The translations under genes were made by a program, and so were the position numbers. From the IMG/VR virus record IMGVR_UViG_3300031994_000035, positions 1 through 64,000 of that record: a DNA stretch of 64,000 nucleotides; one strand, written 5' to 3'. Positions 47,305-58,299 of the stretch are shown in pieces. Under the pieces are notes generated by a model, which was given only the letters and a program-made list of their open reading frames with translations, had not been told where the DNA came from and made no database searches. The DNA is from a virus (Duplodnaviria > Caudoviricetes). How positions within the stretch are numbered: position 1 is the stretch's first letter; every line of letters starts with the position of its first letter.

Positions 47305-47715
47305 ATGGAATTAAAGACATTTAATGAATTCATAAATTCGTCAAAAAAATATAAAGAGGTTCAAACAACATTTATAAATTTCCTAAGATATTTTATGCAT
47401 ACAGGCGTTAATGACAAAATTACACTTGACATGTGCAATAGTCTTTTGAAAACGAATCCTGAAATAATTTTTTCAAAGCTTTCAAATAAATTTATGAATG
47501 CTGATGAACTATTTAAGCAAACGTCGGTAAAAGATGTGTATAATATAAGATGTACTGAAGACAGACAGGCTTCGCTTATAACTTTATCAAAGGGTTCGAC
47601 AGTAAATTTTAAGACATATACGTCAGAATCTCCTGATTTATTTGAAAAATCTATAAAACAATATATGGTTGAAGAAGAATCAGAATCTTCTGAAGAATCA
47701 GAATCAAATCAGTAG
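47305..47715 (+). CDS. putative internal head protein
   Basis: N-terminal MELKTFNEFIN; acidic tail. Confidence 0.55.
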   Translation: MELKTFNEFINSSKKYKEVQTTFINFLRYFMHTGVNDKITLDMCNSLLKTNPEIIFSKLSNKFMNADELFKQTSVKDVYNIRCTEDRQASLITLSKGSTVNFKTYTSESPDLFEKSIKQYMVEEESESSEESESNQ

Positions 47716-47763
47716 TTGTAATAAATAGTTTATAGACGGTTGTAAACTAAATACATAAAGGTA

Positions 47764-49542
47764 ATGTCATCATTTTTTAATAAAGCGAGAATTTCAGCTG
47801 TACAAATAGTCCAGCAGGCTGTTGATAAAGTTTCTGAGCAATATTCTCAGGCAAAACAAGTATTTACAGCAGCCAGTCCGTTTGGTCAAATTCTACTTGT
47901 CATCTCAAATTTATTTGAGATGTTCATGACATACCTTTCTCATGCACTTGAAAACCTTAATATTAAAACTGTACATAGTGTCGAAGGTGTTTATGGACTT
48001 GCAAGCCTTGTAGGACATAACGCATTCAGAGGAGCGTCATCTAAATCAATCATCAACTTATCATTAAATAGTTCGGCTCCTGGAAATGTTAAAGGATCTT
48101 ATGTAAAGATTCCAAACAATGCGGTACTTACAACAAATAATAATTTGAAATTCTTCATACAAAGTCCGCAAGATTTCATAACACTTAAAATGAATTCTTC
48201 AGAAGGTGTGAATGTTACAATAGTTGAAGGTACTATAGAAGAACAAATATTTGTTTCTGATGGTTCAAAGCTACAGAGCTTCGACGTCATTACAAAAAAT
48301 ATGACAGATAATTTTGATGTAAGTGTATTTGTCAATGATGAAGAATGGACTAAAAAAGAATCACTCTATGATATGAATGAAAATGAAGAAGCATTCATAT
48401 TAAAAACAGGTTTATCAGCCGGACTTACTGTATTTTTCGGTAATGGCGACTTTGGTAAAATTCCAGACAGCGGTGCTTCAATTAAGGTAAGATACATATT
48501 GTCGTCAGGTGCTGCAGGAAATGTTGATTTAACTAATTTTGAATTAAAATTTTCAGAACCGGGAATTTCATCTACAGGTGAAGAAGTCGATCTTTCACAA
48601 AATGTTGATATTAAAGTTATTGAAAATGCAAGATTTGGTGCTGACTATGAAGATGTAAATTTTACAAGACTTATTGCACCTAAAACAAGTAAAAGTTTCG
48701 TTCTTGCGACTGCTGAAAACTACAAACAATTTTTGTCAAGATATAACCAATTTTCATTTATAGATGTTCAAGTATCTGATTCTGTATCATATCTTAATGA
48801 CAATAATATCATATATATTACATTACTAAAAGATGTAACTCCTTATTATTCAACAGGATACGACTACTTTACAATACCTGAAGAAAAATTCTTATTAACA
48901 GAATCTGACAAGAAAAACATTATAGACTTATTGAATTATTCTGGTTATGCACTTGTCAATACCAATATAGTAATCAATAACCTTACGATAGAGCATTACA
49001 TTATAAACATTATAATTTCAGCTTTTGAAGACGCTGATAAAAATACCATTCGTACGTCTATCTATGATATTCTAAACAAATATTTCTTAAATGTAAAAAG
49101 ACGAGACCTTGTAGCAAAATCAGACCTAATATCACTTATAGAATCTATCAAAGGTGTAGATACCTGTCAAGTATTCTTTACGTCTGAAAAGAATGAATTT
49201 GCTAAGAAAAACGGTTACTATACAGAAAAAGTATTCATATTCAATAAAGAAAAATCCATCTATGAAATATCAGAAAAAACAATCACTGTCGAACCTGACA
49301 AAATTCCTAATTTACGTTTAGGTTTTGATGACGTCGACAATCTTGTCATCGAGAAAAATACCTTGATGCTTCCAAGAGGTGGTTGGTCTGATTATAATTC
49401 AAATTTCTTTACAGAGACTTATACCCCAGACAAGCTTTCAAACCTAAATATATTCTTTACTGATGATACAAAATCGGATATGTATAATTCAGATATGAAT
49501 AACAAGCTTGAAAAATTATTAAAAACATCTTATAACAAATAA
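47764..49542 (+). CDS. baseplate wedge subunit (T4 gp6-like)
   Basis: LASLVGH, FGNGDFGKIP..G..I.V.Y..SSGAAGN, TAENY. Confidence 0.85.
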   Translation: MSSFFNKARISAVQIVQQAVDKVSEQYSQAKQVFTAASPFGQILLVISNLFEMFMTYLSHALENLNIKTVHSVEGVYGLASLVGHNAFRGASSKSIINLSLNSSAPGNVKGSYVKIPNNAVLTTNNNLKFFIQSPQDFITLKMNSSEGVNVTIVEGTIEEQIFVSDGSKLQSFDVITKNMTDNFDVSVFVNDEEWTKKESLYDMNENEEAFILKTGLSAGLTVFFGNGDFGKIPDSGASIKVRYILSSGAAGNVDLTNFELKFSEPGISSTGEEVDLSQNVDIKVIENARFGADYEDVNFTRLIAPKTSKSFVLATAENYKQFLSRYNQFSFIDVQVSDSVSYLNDNNIIYITLLKDVTPYYSTGYDYFTIPEEKFLLTESDKKNIIDLLNYSGYALVNTNIVINNLTIEHYIINIIISAFEDADKNTIRTSIYDILNKYFLNVKRRDLVAKSDLISLIESIKGVDTCQVFFTSEKNEFAKKNGYYTEKVFIFNKEKSIYEISEKTITVEPDKIPNLRLGFDDVDNLVIEKNTLMLPRGGWSDYNSNFFTETYTPDKLSNLNIFFTDDTKSDMYNSDMNNKLEKLLKTSYNK

Positions 49543-49550
49543 GATTTCAG

Positions 49551-52500
49551 ATGGACAACTATAATTCAAATATTTTTGTAGATAATACAAAATGTGGTAA
49601 TATTGATACAGGATATATAGGTAATCAATATAGAAATTATTCTAATAACCAAACTCTTACAGTTAGATCAGCAGAAGCAACTAGTGATGGTAAGGCAAAC
49701 TATATAAAAATTAATTTAAGTCTATATACACATATTCTTTTTACCTATTATAAACACAGACTTATTCCAGGTCATTTAACATTTAAACATGATTCTGCTA
49801 AAATTTCTGAAAATGAGCCTATACAAAAATTTACTTTTAATGAACTATACGGAAATGAAACATATTGTCCATCTGTAAATTTTCAACCGAGTTATACATC
49901 AGGACTTCATGAATTTGGTTATGATTCATCTAGAACTTATACGTATGTAAATGTAAATAGAGGTCCTTATTATCATAATAATCATTATGGATATTATGCT
50001 CCATTTCTTACATTATTTCATAATTCATTCTTTGATGAACAATTAATACAATCAGAAGATGAAGAAATACCTGTTATTGATACAAGTATTTCTCAAATCA
50101 GGACATTTTCACAAAATAGAAATGATGTAGAAAATAAAAATAATAATTCATATCAAAAAAATGAAATATTTTTATATACTCCACAGGATTTAAAAGATAA
50201 ACATAACTATACAAATATTACAAGATATCCTAGGAAAGATATTCTTGTCAATGGTACATATAAATCATTTTCATTTAATTTAAAAAAATTTACAGAAAAT
50301 ACAATATGGTATGATAATAATCTTTTTATAGAAAATACAAAATGTGATTATAATTCTGAGCGTGACATTTTAGAATATGATGTAACAGATGACATATCAT
50401 ATCTAAACTTATATTCTATATACACACCACACCAATTTATGTGGACGTCTAATAATGCAATGCTCATTGAATCTTCACAATTCTTAAATTTTGCATTTAA
50501 TGACTATGGACAAATATGGTTGCATGATAAGGGTGTAAATGGCCACTCAAAACAATTTGCGGATAATATCTATATAAAAGGCTACAGTAAAAGAGATTAT
50601 TTATGGAGAGAAAGCAGATGGAGTAAAAGCTTCTATAGAACTAAAATATTCGATTATTCAAATGGAAATATTGCTTTGAAAGGAACATCTGACAGAGATG
50701 ATAAATATAATCCATTATGTGTACTTGGATTAAATTTATCAAGAAAGGAATATTATAATAATTCGGGAGATACTGAAGCAGATAGAAGGAACAGATTTCT
50801 AGAATTACTTAAAGATGCATTCAGTAATTCAGCTATTCATGCAAAATATAATTATTCTGATCCATATGGTTGCTTAAATAATTATAGGTTTGCCAAATTA
50901 TTTTGTAATGAACAAGATGACCCTAGAAAAGATTTAGATAAGATAACTTTTTCATTTACACCGCATAATACTTTATATATAGACCCATTTATAAGTAAAA
51001 GATATTGTGAATCAAATTTCTGGACAGGCCGCTTGTCCGTACTCGGTAAAAAGGGATATAACCAATATCATAAAAAGACTTATCAAGCACTTAATATATC
51101 ATCAAAAATCCGTGATAACGAATATCAACCAAATAAATTACTGTATGTTGTAGGACAACGGTCATATGTCAATAATGTTATAAGAGGATATTATTATAAT
51201 GAAAAATTTTGGTACGACCAGGAACATACTCAAGAAATTACAGGAGATAGAAGTAACATATATGTTGATATTGCAAGTCATTTATCTTACCTGTATCTTG
51301 GAAAATTTATTTTAGATGATGGTTATTTTGATAATATCAATGTATACACACATCAAGATAATTTTGTAGAAGGTGGATATTTAAATCCTGTAGTTGCAGG
51401 TGAAGAACTTTTATGTATTAATAATTATAATATTGGATATGATCAAACTGGAAGTAAAGATCATTATAAAAACCTATTCGAAAATAAAATACAAATAGAT
51501 AGTATTATGACAGAAGATGAAGTAACAGGTATTGATGATATTCATCTTAGTTTAATTCCATCAAAAGAATTAAATAACATTGATGAATTTAGACCTTATT
51601 ACAGAATTCTTGTCAATGAATATACAAATCCTGATGACCATGGTTTGATTACTCAAGAATTATATGACTTATTATACAATAGTAATATCTATGATCAAAA
51701 ATGTTATGGAACAAATACATATAAGTATAGATTTACTGATTTTATACCTGATGATATTAAAAAAGACTTTGACATAAAAAGTAATAGAGATACATGGCTA
51801 AGACGAATTCTATCCCAAAATAATTTATATGATAAGTTCAATATAGCTGAAGATTTTATAAAAAGAGATATTCAGGCATTAAACATTTTTTATGACAGGT
51901 CATTTAGCCTATTCAGTAAATTCTTAAAAAAAGACGGAACCGTTGACATGAACAAGGTTATTTCTGATAAAGCCATTAGTACATTAATATCTTTTGATAA
52001 AGATACAAATTCAATTGTTTTTGATAAAAATCTTTCTGTAAAAGGATTTAATGAAACAACTAAAAAACCTGAAACTTATTTAAAAACTCCTGATGATTTT
52101 AAAACGCTTGATGAATGGACTAACTATCATACCAAATATTTTCATTTATTTTTTGCTTCAAATAACCATACAACTGATAGTTCCATTGACACAGTTTCAA
52201 AAACTTATACTCAAACCTCAGTTTTAGATATTCAAAATGTAAATGCAAATAGAGATATTAAAAAATATGACGGTGATACATTACTTGTAACAACTAATTT
52301 ATGGCAAGAAGAACCACATTCATTTCAATCAATGTACTTCTTTCCAGCAAGACTTGATTTTTCATTATACATTAAAACTTCCAAGCCAGTAGCATCTCTT
52401 GAAGATGATACTCCAAAATATCCATTCTATTTCACTAAATTAATATATAGTGATACTTCTGATAACTGGAAAGAGAATGGTTATGGTGGATTCGATATTA

Positions 52501-52838
52501 AAAAACCAGCTTCAAAGTGCGACTATGATGTATATGATTTACGTTATAAAGTACAAGTTAAAACAGATAATGGATATGAAACAATTGCTGAATACAGCAT
52601 TTCACCTTATAAAGAACATACACAACTTAATGGTGATCAATATATGTCAATAGTAGAATATGATAATAAAATTAAAATTACACCTAAACCTTTATTTGTA
52701 TCGAAATATTGTAAAAATGTTCCTATTGAAAATAAATCAGAATTCATTAGGATATTGTTAGTAACAGGGTTTATAGCAACATCTGGTTGTAAAACTGAAA
52801 TCTCTTCTAAGGTTGTTGATAATATCTCTTCTATATAA
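49551..52838 (+). CDS. large putative virion/baseplate-associated protein
   Basis: 1095-aa N/Y/D-rich ORF following the baseplate wedge. Confidence 0.55.
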   Translation: MDNYNSNIFVDNTKCGNIDTGYIGNQYRNYSNNQTLTVRSAEATSDGKANYIKINLSLYTHILFTYYKHRLIPGHLTFKHDSAKISENEPIQKFTFNELYGNETYCPSVNFQPSYTSGLHEFGYDSSRTYTYVNVNRGPYYHNNHYGYYAPFLTLFHNSFFDEQLIQSEDEEIPVIDTSISQIRTFSQNRNDVENKNNNSYQKNEIFLYTPQDLKDKHNYTNITRYPRKDILVNGTYKSFSFNLKKFTENTIWYDNNLFIENTKCDYNSERDILEYDVTDDISYLNLYSIYTPHQFMWTSNNAMLIESSQFLNFAFNDYGQIWLHDKGVNGHSKQFADNIYIKGYSKRDYLWRESRWSKSFYRTKIFDYSNGNIALKGTSDRDDKYNPLCVLGLNLSRKEYYNNSGDTEADRRNRFLELLKDAFSNSAIHAKYNYSDPYGCLNNYRFAKLFCNEQDDPRKDLDKITFSFTPHNTLYIDPFISKRYCESNFWTGRLSVLGKKGYNQYHKKTYQALNISSKIRDNEYQPNKLLYVVGQRSYVNNVIRGYYYNEKFWYDQEHTQEITGDRSNIYVDIASHLSYLYLGKFILDDGYFDNINVYTHQDNFVEGGYLNPVVAGEELLCINNYNIGYDQTGSKDHYKNLFENKIQIDSIMTEDEVTGIDDIHLSLIPSKELNNIDEFRPYYRILVNEYTNPDDHGLITQELYDLLYNSNIYDQKCYGTNTYKYRFTDFIPDDIKKDFDIKSNRDTWLRRILSQNNLYDKFNIAEDFIKRDIQALNIFYDRSFSLFSKFLKKDGTVDMNKVISDKAISTLISFDKDTNSIVFDKNLSVKGFNETTKKPETYLKTPDDFKTLDEWTNYHTKYFHLFFASNNHTTDSSIDTVSKTYTQTSVLDIQNVNANRDIKKYDGDTLLVTTNLWQEEPHSFQSMYFFPARLDFSLYIKTSKPVASLEDDTPKYPFYFTKLIYSDTSDNWKENGYGGFDIKKPASKCDYDVYDLRYKVQVKTDNGYETIAEYSISPYKEHTQLNGDQYMSIVEYDNKIKITPKPLFVSKYCKNVPIENKSEFIRILLVTGFIATSGCKTEISSKVVDNISSI

Positions 52839-52895
52839 CTATCTATTTAAGATTTTATTGTTTATTATTTTATTATAATTTAAAAGTTTAATGAT

Positions 52896-53756
52896 ATGAA
52901 TAAATTTATTGAATTAAAGTCAGTAAATGTAAAGAACCTGACTAAACTGTTTCAAAATTCCTCAATTTTTAAAAAGAATCAATTATCATTTTACATTGAT
53001 TCAACCCAAGAAAATGACATTTACAAGTCATTTGCTGTAAATGATTCAAAAACAATGATTAAGTACATTGAATCAGACCTTAAAGAATATTGTGAATCAA
53101 TTGAGAAAAACTTTGAAGGACGTTCAACATCTATTTTTTCTTCATCAGAAAAGATAATGAACATCCTGAAAAATCTTGGTACAGCAACTTGTGACATCAA
53201 GATTATATTTGCTGAATCAGAAAAGTATGGTAACCTTTCAAAGATGATTAAAATTTCTAATCAGTATTTTGAAGTTAACCTGCCTGCAATGTCTGAAATT
53301 GTTTGTGATACAGTATCTGATAATTTATATTACGATGATAAATTAAGAGACAGATTCAGTTCAGCAAAAATTGCATATTCATTCAAAATCAGCGACATCA
53401 AACAAATTCTGTCTTGTATGTCAATTGATGACGCAAATACTAAATTCTATATGTACAATAATGAAGGTACAGCATATTTTTCAGAATTACCTTCAGATTC
53501 AGAAGCAGTTGTTACAAATGTAGATGAGCTTACAGCTCTTGACAATATCTACAAATATACACTTTCACCTGTTGAAAATCAATCATTAGACAAGATCTTC
53601 AATGCAGTAAGTAAGGATTTATTCAAAAACGTAAATTCAAACATAACATACTCTGCGGATGTTATAGAAATTAATAAATCCGTTTACTCGCTTCGTCTAA
53701 TCTCTGATCCGGACATTTGTTCTGAAATGTATATTGTATCAACTCTAAAACTATAG
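52896..53756 (+). CDS. putative DNA sliding clamp (tentative)
   Basis: 286 aa, directly upstream of PolB, clamp loader nearby; no diagnostic motif. Confidence 0.4.
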   Translation: MNKFIELKSVNVKNLTKLFQNSSIFKKNQLSFYIDSTQENDIYKSFAVNDSKTMIKYIESDLKEYCESIEKNFEGRSTSIFSSSEKIMNILKNLGTATCDIKIIFAESEKYGNLSKMIKISNQYFEVNLPAMSEIVCDTVSDNLYYDDKLRDRFSSAKIAYSFKISDIKQILSCMSIDDANTKFYMYNNEGTAYFSELPSDSEAVVTNVDELTALDNIYKYTLSPVENQSLDKIFNAVSKDLFKNVNSNITYSADVIEINKSVYSLRLISDPDICSEMYIVSTLKL

Positions 53757-53762
53757 TATTAT

Positions 53763-56627
53763 ATGCTCGTTGACATTGTTTATAATGAGACTCCAAATAA
53801 TCATTATTTGGAGGTCTCATATTGGAATAATAAAGGTTTTGTTGAAAAAATTCAAAAAAGAATTTCAGATGATGATATTTTTGATTGGGTTATTTCAGAA
53901 AAACCTACTAAAAAATTTAACTACTTAAACAAGTATGTAAAGCCAAAATATAAAAAGTATCTACGAGACCTTTCAAAATATAGAGTACAAGAACTTATTG
54001 AACAATATTTTGATAAAGAGCTTGACCTAATTTATTCAAGTCAGCAGCCACAATTCACATTTTTTGATATTGAAATAGAAGTACCTGATAATTCAATTTC
54101 ATTGGATGACATTATTGCTCAGGCTGACAATGCAATAACACTTATTTCATTTGTTACAAATAAAAAATTGTTTGTACTTGGATGGAAGAAAATGCCTGAC
54201 GAAGACATAGAATTTGTAAAAGAATCCATTGACAAACATCTTGAACTTTCTAAAATTCAGGATAGATATGAATTCAAATACAAATGCTTTGATTCTGAAG
54301 AAGATATGCTTACATTCTTTGTGAACAAAGTTGTAAAACGTACAGGTATTTTTTGTGGATGGAATTCAGAAGGATTTGACTGGCCTTACATATGCTATAG
54401 ATGTCGAAAACTTGGAATTACAGATATAGCAAAAGCATACTTTCCAAAATCAAGAACTTCTGAACGTCCAAAGGGTGTAAGACTTGATCACGTAATTCAT
54501 TTCGATTATCTTACTGCTTTCCAAACTTGGTCTAAGTATTTGACTGATAATATGAAACTTGATACAGTCGGTGAAGTTGTCGCAGGTGTGAGAAAAATCC
54601 AACATGAAGAAGATTTGCAGACAATGTACCTTGAACATTATAAAGAGTACGTTCTCTATAATGCTATAGATAGTGTAGTTGTACAGCAAATTCATAATGT
54701 GACAAAGGCTTTAAGTTCCGGACTTTTGACAACATCGCTTACTCACTCACGAGCATCCGATTGTGCTCATCGTTCAACACTTGTCGCAGACATTCTTAGA
54801 AAGGGATATTCTGAAGAAGGAAAGGTATTGAATGCTGATTATGTAAGTCCTAAAAAAGATAGGTCATATAGTGGAGCATTTTTCAAAAAACCTGTTGTTG
54901 GGAAACATTTTGACAATATGGCCTGTGACTTTGCCTCTCTGTACCCTTCAATTATGCGTGAATTCAATATTTCACCAGAAACACATTTAAGACAAGAAGC
55001 TCCAGGTTCATTCAAGGAAATTATACCTGGCGAAATACGTTGTGCCTCAGGTGCAGTATATTCTAAAAAAGAAGGTGTATTGCCTCGTATTCTTACAAAG
55101 CTTTACAATGACCGTAAGTCATTTAAAAAGATTATGATGAAGTATAAACAAGAATATGAGGACGGACGAGAACTTATGTTATCAAATGCGTCTTTATCTG
55201 AACTCTTGGATTATTATAACAGTCATAACGAGAATAAGAAGGAGTCTATAACAAAAGATGAATTTGAAGATTATTTAACAAGGACATACAGACTTCAGAA
55301 ATCAAATAATGAGCTTCAAAATGCAGCCAAAACAATTATTAACGCTTCATATGGTGCTTTTGGATTCGAGACTTTCAGATTTTTCAATCTTGATATTGCT
55401 GAATCAATTACTACACAAGGTAAGGACGCAATTCTATGGACTGAGAAAAATTTGAATGAGTTGTTTAAGAAACATTGGCTTGAACAAACTGACGCTCATA
55501 GAAAAATGAACATTGTTGCAAGACATAATGTTATGAATGATTCTTCAGTATATATCGCAACCGATAGTATCTATGCCTCAGTACGTGAAGTAATAGAATC
55601 AACTGACTGGAATGAACATAAAGTTTGGCGAATTATAACAGATGATAAGAAACATTATTTCTGTTCAGCAAATAATTTGGACACTGAAGAACAGGCTCTT
55701 GAATTTTTCAAAAATGTCCGTAATGTGGATATTAATAATGCAAAAATAGACCTGATAGATCCTGACGGATGCTCATTCGCTATGACGCTTTATGACGTTC
55801 TTTTGAAGCAGTTCTATGCAAACTTATTCGAAGACTATGCTAAGCGATACAATGGTAACGGTAATATTTTGAATTTCGAATTTGAATCATATTCAAAAAC
55901 TGGTATTTGGCTTGCAAAGAACAGATATGTTCAAGATATTCGTTGGTCTGATCCAAATATTTACTACAAGCCATTTACTAAAATCAAAGCAACTGGCCTT
56001 GAAGATATTAAGTCAACTTATACGAAATTCCTAAGAAAAATGATTGCTGATACTGAATTGTTTTTATTACAGAATGAAAAACTTTCAGAAGAAGAGGTTG
56101 CTGAATTCCTTAGAAAAATGAAAAATATCTTTATGACTGCAAAGATTGCAGATATTTGTTCACTTCAGACAATCCATACATATAAAAGATATTGCATACA
56201 GGACTTCGGTAAAGCCATCATTCGTTCAAAAGCCCCTATGACAGTAAAAGGTGCCGTTCTATGGAATTATATTGTCAATAGCAATCCAAAGCTAAAGAAA
56301 AAATATAATTTGATAGGTGACGGTTCAAAAGTACGATTGGCTCTTGTAACATCTCCAATTATCAACTTCACAGTTATTAAAAATACTGAAGATACTGATG
56401 ATGGTATAATGGATGATGATTTTACAGGAGACAATATGGAATCACAAGTCATTGCATTTAGCCAAGATGATGAAGTCAATGATAGACTGATTTCAGATAT
56501 GAAAATAAAAATAGATAAGGTACAAATGTTTGAAAAACTATACCTGCAACCTGTAAACAGGCTTTTGGAGGCTTGTAAAATTAGAACATTTGATGCTTCG
56601 CTTTCTTACTCAATTTCATTATTCTAA
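53763..56627 (+). CDS. family B DNA polymerase (T4 gp43-like)
   Basis: Exo motifs FDIE, GWNSEGFD, YNAID; pol motifs DFASLYPS, K...NASYG, YIATDS. Confidence 0.95.
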   Translation: MLVDIVYNETPNNHYLEVSYWNNKGFVEKIQKRISDDDIFDWVISEKPTKKFNYLNKYVKPKYKKYLRDLSKYRVQELIEQYFDKELDLIYSSQQPQFTFFDIEIEVPDNSISLDDIIAQADNAITLISFVTNKKLFVLGWKKMPDEDIEFVKESIDKHLELSKIQDRYEFKYKCFDSEEDMLTFFVNKVVKRTGIFCGWNSEGFDWPYICYRCRKLGITDIAKAYFPKSRTSERPKGVRLDHVIHFDYLTAFQTWSKYLTDNMKLDTVGEVVAGVRKIQHEEDLQTMYLEHYKEYVLYNAIDSVVVQQIHNVTKALSSGLLTTSLTHSRASDCAHRSTLVADILRKGYSEEGKVLNADYVSPKKDRSYSGAFFKKPVVGKHFDNMACDFASLYPSIMREFNISPETHLRQEAPGSFKEIIPGEIRCASGAVYSKKEGVLPRILTKLYNDRKSFKKIMMKYKQEYEDGRELMLSNASLSELLDYYNSHNENKKESITKDEFEDYLTRTYRLQKSNNELQNAAKTIINASYGAFGFETFRFFNLDIAESITTQGKDAILWTEKNLNELFKKHWLEQTDAHRKMNIVARHNVMNDSSVYIATDSIYASVREVIESTDWNEHKVWRIITDDKKHYFCSANNLDTEEQALEFFKNVRNVDINNAKIDLIDPDGCSFAMTLYDVLLKQFYANLFEDYAKRYNGNGNILNFEFESYSKTGIWLAKNRYVQDIRWSDPNIYYKPFTKIKATGLEDIKSTYTKFLRKMIADTELFLLQNEKLSEEEVAEFLRKMKNIFMTAKIADICSLQTIHTYKRYCIQDFGKAIIRSKAPMTVKGAVLWNYIVNSNPKLKKKYNLIGDGSKVRLALVTSPIINFTVIKNTEDTDDGIMDDDFTGDNMESQVIAFSQDDEVNDRLISDMKIKIDKVQMFEKLYLQPVNRLLEACKIRTFDASLSYSISLF

Positions 56628-56629
56628 TC

Positions 56630-57430
56630 ATGAGAGCAGTTTGTTTTTGGTATATAAATGATAGGGTTACTGATGAGTTTTTTGAAATGGAAAACCTTCA
56701 TTTTGAAAAAATTAAACAGTATAACATCAAGCAATATTTTGATAAAATAGATGTACACATATCTATTAATCCTAAATTTCATTATGCCGAACATACTGAA
56801 TTCTTTGATAAGGCTGTAAGAAAACTGCAATCTTGTCTTGGAAAAAATATTAATATAGTGGCATCCGAAAACTCTCCAAAATATGGGGAGTTTTTATGCT
56901 ACTATGATATGGTATTTAAAACTCTGAAAGATGAAATTGAACCTATATTTTATTTTCATTTCAAAGGAGTTAAAAAGTTTGACCCTGTTTTTATACAATC
57001 AAGGACAAAATGGATTAATGTCCTCTATGACAAATGTTTTTCAGAAAATATTCTTAACCATATAGGTGAATACTCTATGTCAGGTGCTCATTTTGAACCA
57101 TGTTCTAGAAGCTGGTTTGAAAAATGGCTTTGGCTTGGAACATTTGAAAAATATAAAAAATCATATCCATTCTTAAAAAATCTTCAATCTACAAATTGCG
57201 GTTATCTCGACGGATCATTTCAATGGATAAATCCGATAAAGCTCAAAGAATATCTTTTTGAAAAGGGTGTTTCAATAGATGATTTGTTTTCAATTGAATT
57301 TTCAGACAATGCAAGAATAAGATACACTCATTTTTCAGAATATTTTCTATGTAGTATTTTAGATAAATCTGAAATCAATGCTGAAGAATTTGTAAGAACC
57401 TACTTACAAAATAAATTACTCAATAAATGA
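56630..57430 (+). CDS. hypothetical protein, glycosyltransferase-like (tentative)
   Basis: GEF, FYFHFKG, GSFQW, H.SE motifs. Confidence 0.45.
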   Translation: MRAVCFWYINDRVTDEFFEMENLHFEKIKQYNIKQYFDKIDVHISINPKFHYAEHTEFFDKAVRKLQSCLGKNINIVASENSPKYGEFLCYYDMVFKTLKDEIEPIFYFHFKGVKKFDPVFIQSRTKWINVLYDKCFSENILNHIGEYSMSGAHFEPCSRSWFEKWLWLGTFEKYKKSYPFLKNLQSTNCGYLDGSFQWINPIKLKEYLFEKGVSIDDLFSIEFSDNARIRYTHFSEYFLCSILDKSEINAEEFVRTYLQNKLLNK

Positions 57431-58176
57431 ACGGAATAAATCTATATAATACCGACTGTTTCAACATTTTATCACAGCTTGAAAATAACAATACAAAACT
57501 TGACTGTATAATTTGTGATTTACCATATTATAATGTAGTCGAAAGTGAATTTGACAATCAATGGAAATCAAATGATGAATATATAGAATGGCTTTGTACA
57601 TTCGTTGAAAAATGTTATTCTGTACTTAAAGAAGGTGGGAATATAATATTATTTTGTTCAAGACAAAATATGTGGAGAATTTCAGCTATGATGTATAATT
57701 CAGGCTTTACTGAAAACAGAACAATAATTTGGGCACGTAAAAGAGGTTTTAACAGTACAAGAGGTAAGTCATTAACAAGCGGATATGAACCAATTTTATT
57801 TTGGTCAAAGGGTAAATCATTGACATTCAATCAGATAAAATTAAAAATAAATTCAAAAAGAAAAGAATATACAAAGGGTTTTCTAAAAGACGGTGTAAAT
57901 CTTACTGATGTTTGGACAGATATTCCTGCACTACCTCATAATTCAAAGGAAAAAACAAATCATCCGACTCAGAAACCTTTGAAACTGATGGAACGAATAG
58001 TAAGCCTTTTTACAAACAAAGATGATTTAGTGGCTGACTTCTTTATGGGATCAGGTACGACAGGTGAAGCCTGCGTAAACTTGAAACGAAGATTTATAGG
58101 TGTTGAAATAAACAAAGAATTTTTTGAAACAGCTCAGGAAAGAATCCAGAAAAACTTGTTTGCATATGGTATCTAA
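57427..58176 (+). CDS. N6-adenine/N4-cytosine DNA methyltransferase (beta class)
   Basis: DLPY motif IV, HPTQKP, DFFMGSGTTG motif I. Confidence 0.92.
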   Translation: MNGINLYNTDCFNILSQLENNNTKLDCIICDLPYYNVVESEFDNQWKSNDEYIEWLCTFVEKCYSVLKEGGNIILFCSRQNMWRISAMMYNSGFTENRTIIWARKRGFNSTRGKSLTSGYEPILFWSKGKSLTFNQIKLKINSKRKEYTKGFLKDGVNLTDVWTDIPALPHNSKEKTNHPTQKPLKLMERIVSLFTNKDDLVADFFMGSGTTGEACVNLKRRFIGVEINKEFFETAQERIQKNLFAYGI

Positions 58177-58226
58177 ATCAAAATTTTTATAATTTTTTAT
58201 CTTATAGGTAAAAATAATTCAAAATT

Positions 58227-58260
58227 TTGATCCAACTTTCAAAATGTCATATTATATTTA
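58227..58260 (+). promoter_or_regulatory. early-type promoter copy
   Basis: TTGATC-N17-TATTAT-ATTTA. Confidence 0.75.
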
Positions 58261-58299
58261 CATCAACAAATTAATATTAGCGTTTAAAATTAAATTATT

